A stretch of 64,000 nt of DNA from Candidatus Omnitrophota bacterium (GTDB taxonomy: Bacteria; Omnitrophota; Gorgyraeia; Gygaellales; Profunditerraquicolaceae): assembly GCA_049517335.1 (NCBI GenBank), contig JBEKSD010000003.1:1-64000 (forward strand), written 5' to 3'. The first letter of the stretch is position 1, and every line of letters begins with the position of its first letter. Below the pieces are notes generated by a model. That model searched no databases. It saw nothing but the letters and a program-made list of their open reading frames with translations, and had not been told where the DNA came from. Below are positions 1-7,999 of this stretch, piece after piece. A program made the translations under genes and the position numbers.

Positions 1-76
1 GGATGCAAAAACCTTATAAGTAAAAGTAAGTCGTTGATAAGATAGGACGATAAATAACGCCTATTCTGTTATTTTC

Positions 77-114
77 AGCCCTTGTAACAAATTATGTTAC
101 AAGGGCTCTTTTTT
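77..114 (+). terminator. Intrinsic terminator
   Basis: 12-bp stem AGCCCTTGTAAC / GTTACAAGGGCT with a 7-nt loop, followed by CTTTTTT. Confidence 0.7.
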
Positions 115-221
115 AATAAATATGATTTTATTCCTAGTTTAGGTATTTTTAAACACAAGAACTTGGAAGATGCCGAACGACAAGTAGTAAAACTAGAAAG
201 TTTGGAGGTTATCCTTATTGA

Positions 222-268
222 GCCAATAAGACGCCAATAAGAATCAAAACCCTACAAAACCTTACAAA
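222..268. repeat. Short tandem direct repeats next to the tRNA 3' end (GCCAATAAGA x2; CAAAACCYTA x2)
   Basis: gccaataaga at 222-231 and 233-242; caaaacccta 245-254 and caaaacctta 255-264. Confidence 0.55.
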
Positions 269-333
269 CATTTCTAAATAAAACAAAAAGGCGTAATTGT
301 ATAAAACATATACAGTTACGCCTTAAATACAAC

Positions 334-366
334 AAAAACGAGGGGTTATGAAACCCCCTCGTTTTT
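334..366 (-). terminator. Hairpin/terminator directly downstream of tRNA-Phe
   Basis: AAAAACGAGGGGTT...AACCCCCTCGTTTTT, with A/T tracts on both sides. Confidence 0.65.
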
Positions 367-372
367 ATAATA

Positions 373-444
373 TGCCGAGGAGAAGAATCGGACTTCCCAC
401 GCCGGCCTTTTCAGGGCCGCGCTCTACCACTGAGCTACCTCGGC
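373..444 (-). tRNA. tRNA-Phe (GAA); CCA not encoded; non-canonical T-loop
   Basis: Reverse complement folds as GCCGAGG TA GCTC AGTGGTA GAGC G CGGCC CTGAAAA GGCCG GCGTG GGAAG TCCGATT CTTCT CCTCGGC A. Confidence 0.9.
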
Positions 445-447
445 AAA
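423..447. repeat. att-like direct repeat, copy 1 (tRNA-Phe 5' end)
   Basis: TCTACCACTGAGCTACCTCGGCAAA, identical to 2364-2388. Confidence 0.9.
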
Positions 448-565
448 CCTTTGCATCGCAATAAGTTACATCGTCGAAAAATTTTAAAAGTGCGCTCTCC
501 TATTCACAAAATTTACTTCTTTTTGATACTGATTATTACAAAATTATTACATTAAACTTGGATAA

Positions 566-593
566 ATTATAACACAATTTGTTAGTGAAGCAA
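566..593 (-). promoter_or_regulatory. Candidate sigma70 promoter for tRNA-Phe, located inside the islet
   Basis: TTGCTT-16-TATAAT on the minus strand. Confidence 0.45.
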
Positions 594-660
594 TATCTTT
601 TTAACCCGCTAATTCGATTACATATAATATAAAAACGGCTCTTGCGGTTATCTTTTTATG

Positions 661-1236
661 TTATTGTTTTTGAGGAAATACCAGGTTTTCCGATTTGAGA
701 GGAGCGACATTTTCAGAGTGCATTTGAATTTTATCTATACCTAAAATACCACGCGAAATAACTAAGCTTACAACACCGATTATAAAAGCCCATCTATGAA
801 TTTTATATCTCAAATGAATTGAGCTTTCTAATTCTCCAAGTTTATCTTTACGTTCAGCTATGTTAACTTCCAGAGCCTCTTTCGCTCTTTTCATCTCCTC
901 TGGCAACCATTCTGCGCCATTTTGCTTTACGATAGATCTACCCGCCAAGCCTTGATTAAAAGCATCAAGATTTGTTTCTTCGATTTGCTGCTGGCCATAT
1001 TCGCGGTATACAACTGGAACGTATTCAAAGCGCCATAAACCGAACAATCCCGATAATAATAAGGATATCCAAGCTAAAAACTCAAATACGTATTGGAAAT
1101 GTTCTGCTGATAGGGACGAAGTCTGCACTGATAAACCAAGAATAGTAAAAGTCAGCGCAATAAGATAATACTCAAATTTATGGGATAAATTTCTTGCAAA
1201 AGCCTTATTCTCATTTTCTGCATTTATATCATTCAT
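661..1236 (-). CDS. Hypothetical membrane protein (about 3 TM helices plus a coiled coil)
   Basis: Hydrophobic segments YYLIALTFTILGLSV, FLAWISLLLSGLFGLW and WAFIIGVVSLVI; the start at 1236 follows the PIN stop at 1239. Confidence 0.7.
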   Translation of the reverse strand: MNDINAENENKAFARNLSHKFEYYLIALTFTILGLSVQTSSLSAEHFQYVFEFLAWISLLLSGLFGLWRFEYVPVVYREYGQQQIEETNLDAFNQGLAGRSIVKQNGAEWLPEEMKRAKEALEVNIAERKDKLGELESSIHLRYKIHRWAFIIGVVSLVISRGILGIDKIQMHSENVAPLKSENLVFPQKQ

Positions 1237-1238
1237 AT

Positions 1239-1856
1239 CTATTGTTTTAAGATGTAGTCCAGTTGCTGAAAAGATGATGGATACGTCCATATATTATATT
1301 GCTTAGAGCAATTGCTAATGATCCCATTGTCTCCAGTAACAAAATCATTGATACCATCACTGATCATTGAACCTATGTGAATTGAATCATAACTATGTAG
1401 ACAGAAATCCTTCATTGCTTGCATAGCTTTCTCGTTTACTTTTTGGCAACTTTCTCTAACTTTAATTTTCCCACCGCTTGATTCAAATAATTTAGCAAGT
1501 TTAGTAGTTGCTTCTTCGATCTTATTAAAATATTTTTTTATTGATAACGGATTCTCAGATAAAAATTTTTCTGCGGCTTCAGCCTTATTTCTAACGCTTG
1601 GTAATGATTCATTATCCGCTATTGCGTTAATTAAAATGGCTTTCCAAAATTCCGGAAAAACCATTGAAGAAACACTTACCTTAGTATTCGTAGAAAGAAG
1701 TAACTCTAAAAACTTCGTCGCGACTTTACTCTCTTTATAGTTTTTTCTATCCACATAAGATGTCCCTTCTGGATAACTATAATGAGCGTTAACCAGGAAA
1801 CAAGTATCTAAATAGAGGTGTTTGGGAAGATCATCTACAAAAAGATGTTTTACCAC
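1239..1856 (-). CDS. PIN-domain (VapC-like) ribonuclease toxin
   Basis: YLDTCFL, S..V..E, YDSIHIGS and FVTGD carry the PIN acidic residues. Confidence 0.8.
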   Translation of the reverse strand: MVKHLFVDDLPKHLYLDTCFLVNAHYSYPEGTSYVDRKNYKESKVATKFLELLLSTNTKVSVSSMVFPEFWKAILINAIADNESLPSVRNKAEAAEKFLSENPLSIKKYFNKIEEATTKLAKLFESSGGKIKVRESCQKVNEKAMQAMKDFCLHSYDSIHIGSMISDGINDFVTGDNGIISNCSKQYNIWTYPSSFQQLDYILKQ

Positions 1857-1860
1857 AGAA

Positions 1861-2013
1861 TTACCGTAGGATTCTTGCTAAATGATGGGCAGTAATACCT
1901 TTTGCGAGGGTACCATTACAAAAATTACTTACAATTTTTTCAGCTTTCTTCGATATTTTATTTAAATTCTTGTCTATCTTCTCTTCTATTATTCTTTTCT
2001 CTTCTTTTGTCAT
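1861..2013 (-). CDS. Unannotated 50-aa putative antitoxin (MTKEEKRIIEEKIDKNLNKISKKAEKIVSNFCNGTLAKGITAHHLARILR)
   Basis: Translated by hand; GGGAG RBS upstream; stop lies 4 bp before the PIN start. Confidence 0.6.
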   Translation of the reverse strand: MTKEEKRIIEEKIDKNLNKISKKAEKIVSNFCNGTLAKGITAHHLARILR

Positions 2014-2191
2014 CTTGTCTCCCGCTATTCAGCTATAGCTTGCCTTTAAAGTATATCATTTATACGATAAATATTCCAGATGATATAAACTTTAAAGAAA
2101 CCGTTCTAAAAAGACAAAAATGCCCCAGCAGCTATGCCAGGGCCACCTTGCCTATTTTTCTATCCTCTCAAGTACTTCATGGAATGTTTCT

Positions 2192-2220
2192 ATTTTACCT
2201 GGCAGATATTTATCTGTCAA
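2192..2220 (-). promoter_or_regulatory. Strong sigma70 promoter with an overlapping palindromic operator
   Basis: TTGACA-17-TAAAAT; CAGATA-tt-TATCTG at 2203-2216. Confidence 0.65.
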
Positions 2221-2363
2221 GTATTTTTCCGTCTCTGTTTTTCTTTGTTTTTTGCCTTTTTTGATGGCTTATATCAAAATTTATGCTATTTTTTATTACA
2301 GTATTTATGACATACCGAGTTGCAACTCTTTATTATTCAATTAGTTACAATTCTGTAGCTACT

Positions 2364-2388
2364 TCTACCACTGAGCTACCTCGGCAAA
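2364..2388. repeat. att-like direct repeat, copy 2 (displaced tRNA-Phe 5' fragment)
   Basis: Identical to 423-447; no anticodon arm follows. Confidence 0.9.
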
Positions 2389-2486
2389 ATCGTTATATAA
2401 CTTATATCATTCCTTCAAAAATTCTTCTCTTTAGGGGTTATTCTTTTTTACCACAAAAAGAGGAAAAATCAAGCAGATTAAAAGGC

Positions 2487-2882
2487 TCATCTTGCCTCTT
2501 CAATGATTTTTACATATAAGTCCTGAGTTAAAGCTAAATTCGGGAAATGATACTTGCGGGCTGAGACCCTTATTCTCGTAGTAGCGCGGGTAAGCCTGAT
2601 TAGCCTTATCCCAACAAGGCTCGATTCAACATCAGCCTGTATAATTCCTGCGTTGGCGTCTTCCCTGCGGATTTTACCGCGGATCTCTGCTACTTTAACT
2701 GCCGCATTCCATAAGGATTCATAAGACTTGTCCGAATCTCCCTGTACTGTATCCCGGCTGGCAGCGTAACCGCCTACGGCACCGACTGCCGCTCCTACAA
2801 CTAAAGGAGCACAGCCGGACAAATTAAAAATTAAAACTGATATTGCTAAAAATATTAGAAATATTTTTTTCACTTCAATCAT
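2487..2882 (-). CDS. DUF3568-like lipoprotein
   Basis: Lipobox LSGC followed by a Gly/Ala-rich stretch GAAVGAVGGY. Confidence 0.7.
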   Translation of the reverse strand: MIEVKKIFLIFLAISVLIFNLSGCAPLVVGAAVGAVGGYAASRDTVQGDSDKSYESLWNAAVKVAEIRGKIRREDANAGIIQADVESSLVGIRLIRLTRATTRIRVSARKYHFPNLALTQDLYVKIIEEAR

Positions 2883-2936
2883 CCTTTCTAAAGTTACAAC
2901 CTGAATCCCTAAATTATCTCCAAAGGTAAGTCCCAG

Positions 2937-3410
2937 TTATCTCTTGGCACCGTTGCTCTGCTCATAGAACCAGTTCTCCAATTTATTCAATGTCTCAGCC
3001 AATTCCGGAGTAAGGTTATCGGTGAATGAGACATCCTTTGGCTGAATAATCAAAATTATTATATCGGCCTTTAGATTATTTTTCAAGTAGTTAATGGTAA
3101 GTGAAATTGAAGCATTATGGGTTGAGAATAAATTGACCGTTTCAATATCCCTACCTTCCACTTCCCTAAAATTGCCTGCCACCCCTCCGAAATCAACCGC
3201 ATCAATAATTATTATGTTGTCGGGTTTATCTTTAATGATTTTGCCCAAATAATTCTCAGGGTTTGGGCCGGCATCATAGACTATGAAAGGGAATTTATCT
3301 TTAAGCCGCTGGGCAAGGAGGGAACCGATGCCGTCATCACCCCGGAAGGTATTCCCGATACCTAAAATGGCGACTTTACCCGTAAGATGTAATTTTAAAT
3401 GCTCAAGCAT
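2937..3410 (-). CDS. hycI: Hydrogenase maturation endopeptidase (HycI-like)
   Basis: GIGNTFRGDDGIG, PEN, IDAVD and STHN motifs. Confidence 0.85.
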   Translation of the reverse strand: MLEHLKLHLTGKVAILGIGNTFRGDDGIGSLLAQRLKDKFPFIVYDAGPNPENYLGKIIKDKPDNIIIIDAVDFGGVAGNFREVEGRDIETVNLFSTHNASISLTINYLKNNLKADIIILIIQPKDVSFTDNLTPELAETLNKLENWFYEQSNGAKR

Positions 3411-3412
3411 AA

Positions 3413-3646
3413 TTACATGCTTTTTAAGGCTTCCTGAATGATGGGAAGGATCCCTTCAAGTTCCTCCCGGGAAAGGCGCCCAAGCTTGGCAAAGGTAGAC
3501 CTGCCCTGTTTATCTTCCAGTTCGCGCGTAATTTGCAGTTTCTTAGGGCCGTTATTATAAGAGTGCACGCTGACAACGATTTTTCCTGTATCATTCTGCC
3601 AGAACCTTGAAAACGTTTCTATATCCAAATTCGCATCGTAGGGCAT
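3413..3646 (-). CDS. Conserved hypothetical protein, possibly PC4-like
   Basis: AGGAGG RBS; SYNNGPKKLQITR...KLGRLSREE; operon context. Confidence 0.6.
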   Translation of the reverse strand: MPYDANLDIETFSRFWQNDTGKIVVSVHSYNNGPKKLQITRELEDKQGRSTFAKLGRLSREELEGILPIIQEALKSM

Positions 3647-3658
3647 AACTTCCTCCTT

Positions 3659-3970
3659 TTAAAACTTTCTTCCGTGTCTATATGGCCGGGTTTTGTTATA
3701 GGCTATTTTTTTAAGGAGCATTTTTTCAAGGTCAATGGAGCGGGCTCCGCAGTAGTCAAATATACGAATGCAGCAGTCGGCTAACTCTTCTGCCAGATTA
3801 TCCTTTGTGCCGTGGTTACGCATTGCCTCAAGCGCTTCCGAAAGCTCCGAATGCATCAACGCGATCAGCTCGCCGTCATTGCGCTCTTCATCCCACCACC
3901 CTTTTGATTTGGCTGTTGAATGACACATCTTTATTAAACTTTTAATTCTTAAGCACTTTTTTGATGTCAA
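3659..3970 (-). CDS. MazG-like NTP pyrophosphohydrolase
   Basis: HSELSEALEA, EELADCCIRIFD and KIAYNKTRPYRHG. Confidence 0.8.
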   Translation of the reverse strand: MTSKKCLRIKSLIKMCHSTAKSKGWWDEERNDGELIALMHSELSEALEAMRNHGTKDNLAEELADCCIRIFDYCGARSIDLEKMLLKKIAYNKTRPYRHGRKF

Positions 3971-4406
3971 GTTGTCCTTTCTTCTGGATTATGACCAGCG
4001 GCTTCTTATCAAATGCCGAAAAAATTATTTTTGCGATTGTCTCTTTAGCGTAAGTGCTCGGCGATGAAACTTCAATTAACGTGGTACCTTTATCTATTTC
4101 CGTAAGGAAAATCCCGACGGGAGTAGTATCATCTTCAGAAACGTATAGAGCGATTAAATCCTTCCGGGGGTCGGTGGTATAAATATAACATTTATTTATG
4201 GTCAGCACATCCATAATATTTTTATAGCAGCTGCTATAATCATGTTTAAATGTTATCTTTAAAGCATCATCTTTCCGTTCATCTTCAAGAACTTTTGTCG
4301 AAATCCCTGCAAAGCCGCGTACGTTTTCTTTAAGGCCAGCGCAGCCGCATAAACAGCTAAAACAGAACGTAAATAATAAAATAATCGGTATTTTCAAAGG
4401 CTTCAT
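3942..4406 (-). CDS. Lipoprotein, DUF3568-like
   Basis: Lipobox LCGC; AAGGAGG RBS before MKPLK. Confidence 0.6.
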   Translation of the reverse strand: MKPLKIPIILLFTFCFSCLCGCAGLKENVRGFAGISTKVLEDERKDDALKITFKHDYSSCYKNIMDVLTINKCYIYTTDPRKDLIALYVSEDDTTPVGIFLTEIDKGTTLIEVSSPSTYAKETIAKIIFSAFDKKPLVIIQKKGQLDIKKVLKN

Positions 4407-4416
4407 CTTGCCTCCT

Positions 4417-6456
4417 TTATTCATTAATCACCTGCATAATTTTATCTAAATTCCTGCGTGCCTCTTCCTCTCCTCTTTTGGCGAATTCTTTTGAGCGGTG
4501 CAACTGCAGCCAATTCAGCCCGGAAGTGTCCGGATGCAGGACCACATCCGCAAGGAGCGCTTCCTTCAAAGCTACTTCCGACTGTAATATCTCCACACTG
4601 CTGAATATTAAGTCAAGTATATTGCTCTTAAAAGCATTTTTAATCTGCTCTTTAAAACTGAACCACCGCCTCTTCTTCAGTTCCTGCGGCAGGGCCGTTG
4701 TAATCTCTTCTTTTATTTTAGTATACTGGCGCATGATGTCATTCCGGGAAGGGGTTACGTTTACCGCGATAATCTTCTTCACTCCCATCTTAATCAGCGG
4801 CTCCGTAGGAAGCGGGTTTATAATACCTCCATCAACAAGCAGTTCATTCTTGAATTTAAAAGGCATAAAAACTCCAGGCATGGCACAACTGGCCATAATC
4901 GCGTCAACCAGCAGCCCCCTGTCAAAAACCCGGGGCTCTTTTCTCTTTATGTCGCTTGCGATTACTTTTAACGGTAGTGTAACGTCATAGAAAGTTTTAT
5001 TACCAAGATGTTTTTTCAAAAAGCGCTGCAATTTATCCCCTTTTAAAAAACCCAAACGCGGAAAAGTAAAATCAACCAGGCCCCATATGCTTTTCGGCTC
5101 ACTAAACTCAGCCGTTATCTCCAATATTTCAGCTGATGACTTCCCGGTGACCCATAAAGCGGCAATAATTGCGCCCATGCTTGAGCCGGCGATAACATCT
5201 ATGGGGATTTTCTCCTCTTCAATAACCTTCAGTACGCCTATGTGGCAGAAACCGTAACCCACGCCGACTCCTAAAACAAGCCCGACAAGAGTATCGCCTA
5301 ATGTGCGCGCTATTCTCCTGACCGCTTTAGAGTATTCGCAGTCCGGGTCATCCAGAACTAGCCTACCTCCGGACTCAAAATCAATTTTAGGCAAAGTAGC
5401 AAATACGCCTCTATCCAGGACCTCAACCTGCTCTTCGTGAGAGAGGCGCGATAGTTTATATTCGTTAATAATGATTTTTATCTTTTCAGGATTAAAATTA
5501 AATTCATTTTCAAGACGCTTCACTAACTTGTGCGTGCTGTTTAAATCAAGGGGGTCAGGGCTGGTCAATAACTGGATTAAATCCGACTGGTTCAAAATGC
5601 TGAAAATTACCTTGTCCATTGAAGAAGACAGGTCCAGGACAATATAGTGGTAATCATTGACCAGTTGGCTTAAGAGTTCAATAAAAACTCCGATACAACG
5701 TTCATCTTCGCCCTGATAATGAAAACAGGCAAGGTCTATTCCGGAGTTATCCCTTAAGATGAAATCAACTATTCCTCTCGGATTATCCGCATCCGGCCCA
5801 AAAAGCCTGAATACCCGCGGCTCCGTAATCCCCAAGCGTAGAGGTAGGGTATGCGTTTTATCAAATGGAGCGATATCCAGTATAATCACCGACTTATGCG
5901 TCTCTTTCTTTAGGCTTAAAGCGATATTTAAGGCATAAACTGTTTTGCCCGCCTGAGAATAAGAACTGAATACCGATAAGACCGTACTTTCAAAGATACT
6001 CTTGCGATGGGTGTCTTTACGTTTCAGGCGCCGGGATAATGTCCGGCTCAAGTCTATAGCTAAAGCGGGGATCTTTCTGATGATAGAGTCAAAATCCCCC
6101 TTTTTTATCATAAGCAGCGCGCAATCATTTATCGCTTTCGCGGTAACCGAATGCGGCTCATTAGTTAAGAGCGAAATCATCCCGAAATATTTCCCGCGGT
6201 GCAGGTATTCTAGAATTTTCTTTGTACCGGATTCATCCTGAACATATATCTCGACCCGGCCGAGGATCAGGCAATACAATGCGTTCGGAGGAGAGCCTTC
6301 CTCATAAATAACCTGCCCCTTTTTGAACTCTTGAATAACAGAATTATTTTTGATAATATTACGCTGGAAGGGAGTAAGGTTTGTAAAAAGCGGGATTTCG
6401 TTTAAAATAACCTCTTTATTTATATCCATCATGCTTATAACCTGCTCGTCCTGCAA
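4417..6456 (-). CDS. cNMP-binding / ParA-MinD-like / patatin phospholipase fusion (NTE family)
   Basis: N-terminal cNMP-binding domain (YFGMISLL..EPHSVTA); P-loop-like SQAGKT; patatin GSSMG and DGG. Confidence 0.85.
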   Translation of the reverse strand: MQDEQVISMMDINKEVILNEIPLFTNLTPFQRNIIKNNSVIQEFKKGQVIYEEGSPPNALYCLILGRVEIYVQDESGTKKILEYLHRGKYFGMISLLTNEPHSVTAKAINDCALLMIKKGDFDSIIRKIPALAIDLSRTLSRRLKRKDTHRKSIFESTVLSVFSSYSQAGKTVYALNIALSLKKETHKSVIILDIAPFDKTHTLPLRLGITEPRVFRLFGPDADNPRGIVDFILRDNSGIDLACFHYQGEDERCIGVFIELLSQLVNDYHYIVLDLSSSMDKVIFSILNQSDLIQLLTSPDPLDLNSTHKLVKRLENEFNFNPEKIKIIINEYKLSRLSHEEQVEVLDRGVFATLPKIDFESGGRLVLDDPDCEYSKAVRRIARTLGDTLVGLVLGVGVGYGFCHIGVLKVIEEEKIPIDVIAGSSMGAIIAALWVTGKSSAEILEITAEFSEPKSIWGLVDFTFPRLGFLKGDKLQRFLKKHLGNKTFYDVTLPLKVIASDIKRKEPRVFDRGLLVDAIMASCAMPGVFMPFKFKNELLVDGGIINPLPTEPLIKMGVKKIIAVNVTPSRNDIMRQYTKIKEEITTALPQELKKRRWFSFKEQIKNAFKSNILDLIFSSVEILQSEVALKEALLADVVLHPDTSGLNWLQLHRSKEFAKRGEEEARRNLDKIMQVINE

Positions 6457-7649
6457 ACTTCAGCAAATTTTTTACCACTCTCCCTGACCCGACGCTGAAA
6501 GGTATTATAATCCACTTCTACCAGACCAAACCGGGGCCGAAACCCTTTATCCCACTCAAAATTATCCAATAACGACCAATAAATATAACCCAAAACTTTT
6601 GCGCCTCCAGCCATTGCCTTATGCATATTCTCCAAGTGCTCCTTTATATAATCCCACCTGATATTGTCGTCGGCTGTACATATCCCGTTTTCAAGGACAA
6701 ATATGGGGAGCTTAAAGTTTTTCAGTTCAGTCAATAAATCATACAGGCCCTCCGGGTAAATATCCCAGCCCATATCGTTCTTTTTTAAATTACTATGCCC
6801 GCTTTCACAGTTATCGCTTAATAAGTGCATAAAACCCCATTTTTTTACCTCTACCAGCCCGCGCGTATAGTAATTAAGGCCGATATAATCAAGGGAGTGC
6901 CGAAAAAGGAGTATCCTGATAATGTCGCGGTTAAACAACTTATCGCGCAGATATGCCCCGGCTTTATCCTTAAGGTTATTCCGGTAGGGGACAAAATCCT
7001 GCATATTGTGGGCAATACTTATCAGGGGCTTAGGGAGGTTTTCCTCCTTATAAATTTTATGGATTAGGCGGTATACCGCAACATGACCTTTAATGATGTT
7101 ACAAAAAACTTTTCTCCCCGTAAAGAATGATTTTTTCTGCGGCGGCCATGCGCCTAAGACATAGGAATGATATAGATAAACCATCGGCTCATTGATGGTC
7201 ACCCAGAAACGGACGTCTTTTTTTAAGGCATTTACGATCTTTTCGCAAAAACGCCTGAAATACACGACGGCCTTAGGGTTCTCCCAGCCTCCGGTATCAG
7301 CAAACCAGATGGGGTTAGTAAAGTGGTGCAGAGTAACAATGGGCTCAATACCGCGTGACTTTAAAGCAAGGATGACATCCTGATAATGCCGGATTTCTTC
7401 TTTAGAGAATTTGCCTTCTTCAGGCTCAATGCGCGCCCACTCTACGGATAAACGGTGGGCATTATGCCCTAACCTTAAAACAATGTCAAAATCTTCCCTA
7501 AAAAGCTCGTAGTGGCGGCAGGCAGGGCCTGATTGAATAACGCCTGCCCTCTTCTCCCAAGCCCACCAGTCGCTGTTGGAATTACCTCCTTCAACCTGAT
7601 AAGCCGAAGTTGCCGCGCCCCAGAGGAAATCTTTAGGAAATTCAATCAT
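6435..7649 (-). CDS. Glycoside hydrolase family 1 (beta-glucosidase/galactosidase)
   Basis: FLWGAATSAYQVEG, TINEP, LENG and WSLLDNFEW. Confidence 0.95.
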   Translation of the reverse strand: MIEFPKDFLWGAATSAYQVEGGNSNSDWWAWEKRAGVIQSGPACRHYELFREDFDIVLRLGHNAHRLSVEWARIEPEEGKFSKEEIRHYQDVILALKSRGIEPIVTLHHFTNPIWFADTGGWENPKAVVYFRRFCEKIVNALKKDVRFWVTINEPMVYLYHSYVLGAWPPQKKSFFTGRKVFCNIIKGHVAVYRLIHKIYKEENLPKPLISIAHNMQDFVPYRNNLKDKAGAYLRDKLFNRDIIRILLFRHSLDYIGLNYYTRGLVEVKKWGFMHLLSDNCESGHSNLKKNDMGWDIYPEGLYDLLTELKNFKLPIFVLENGICTADDNIRWDYIKEHLENMHKAMAGGAKVLGYIYWSLLDNFEWDKGFRPRFGLVEVDYNTFQRRVRESGKKFAEVCRTSRL

Positions 7650-7717
7650 AGCGATTATATTATAGCATTAACCCAAAAATTTGCATTAGAAAATAAAAAA
7701 CTGCCAAAATCTAAGTT

Positions 7718-7758
7718 AAAAAATGGAGCCCGACTAAGGCTTTAGCCTTTAGGGCTCC
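7718..7758 (-). terminator. Intrinsic terminator
   Basis: GGAGCCC..GGC TAAA GCC..GGGCTCC followed by ATTTTTT on the minus strand. Confidence 0.65.
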
Positions 7759-7877
7759 TAAGGGCGGAATACTCTGCGATCTACCAGCGAGATAAGTAGT
7801 TCTCCGAGTACAAAAAATCCCAACAAAAAATTTTGCTGGGATTTTTTAAGATAAGCCGATAAGGATGCGCCAAACAT
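7758..7877 (-). CDS. Possible 39-aa small ORF directly behind the riboswitch (MFGASLSAYLKKSQQNFLLGFFVLGELLISLVDRRVFRP)
   Basis: Translated by hand; GGAG/AAGGA upstream of the ATG; stop coincides with the terminator stem; but the ORF spans another terminator. Confidence 0.3.
   Translation of the reverse strand: MFGASLSAYLKKSQQNFLLGFFVLGELLISLVDRRVFRP
7812..7847 (-). terminator. Intrinsic terminator in the riboswitch expression region
   Basis: AAAAAATCCCAGCAAAA / TTTTGTTGGGATTTTTT; the G-U wobble works on the minus strand. Confidence 0.7.
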
Positions 7878-7895
7878 GCTTCCTTATCTCTCCAC

Positions 7896-7993
7896 TTCGG
7901 CAACCCAGCCACCATATCAGCCCTTGTTGCCTGGCTGACTACAGGTCTGTGGCTTTGCGTCCCCGCCTTTCAGCGGGTTTACCCTTATCGGCT
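7896..7993 (-). ncRNA. c-di-GMP-I (GEMM-I) riboswitch
   Basis: AAGGGTAAACCCGCT-GAAA-GGCGGGGACGCAAAGCCAC...ATGGTGGCTGGGTTGCCGAA; G at the position equivalent to G20, which indicates c-di-GMP rather than cGAMP. Confidence 0.9.
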
Positions 7994-7999
7994 ATAATA

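Larger units (their letters stand above)
423..2388. mobile_element. ~1.9 kb genomic islet integrated at the 5' end of tRNA-Phe; no integrase
   Basis: 25-bp direct repeat at both ends; visibly AT-richer than the flanking genes; toxin-antitoxin cargo. Confidence 0.75.

Noticed and set aside
2364-2388. Second tRNA gene
   Set aside because: Only 22 nt of tRNA sequence; no anticodon or T arm
1902-2519. Plus-strand ORFs 1902-2264, 2120-2344 and 2283-2519
   Set aside because: Low-complexity F/L/S-rich shadows over the antitoxin, promoter and att repeat
7896-7993. c-AMP-GMP (GEMM-Ib) riboswitch variant
   Set aside because: The discriminating position is G (AGGGTAAAC), consistent with c-di-GMP
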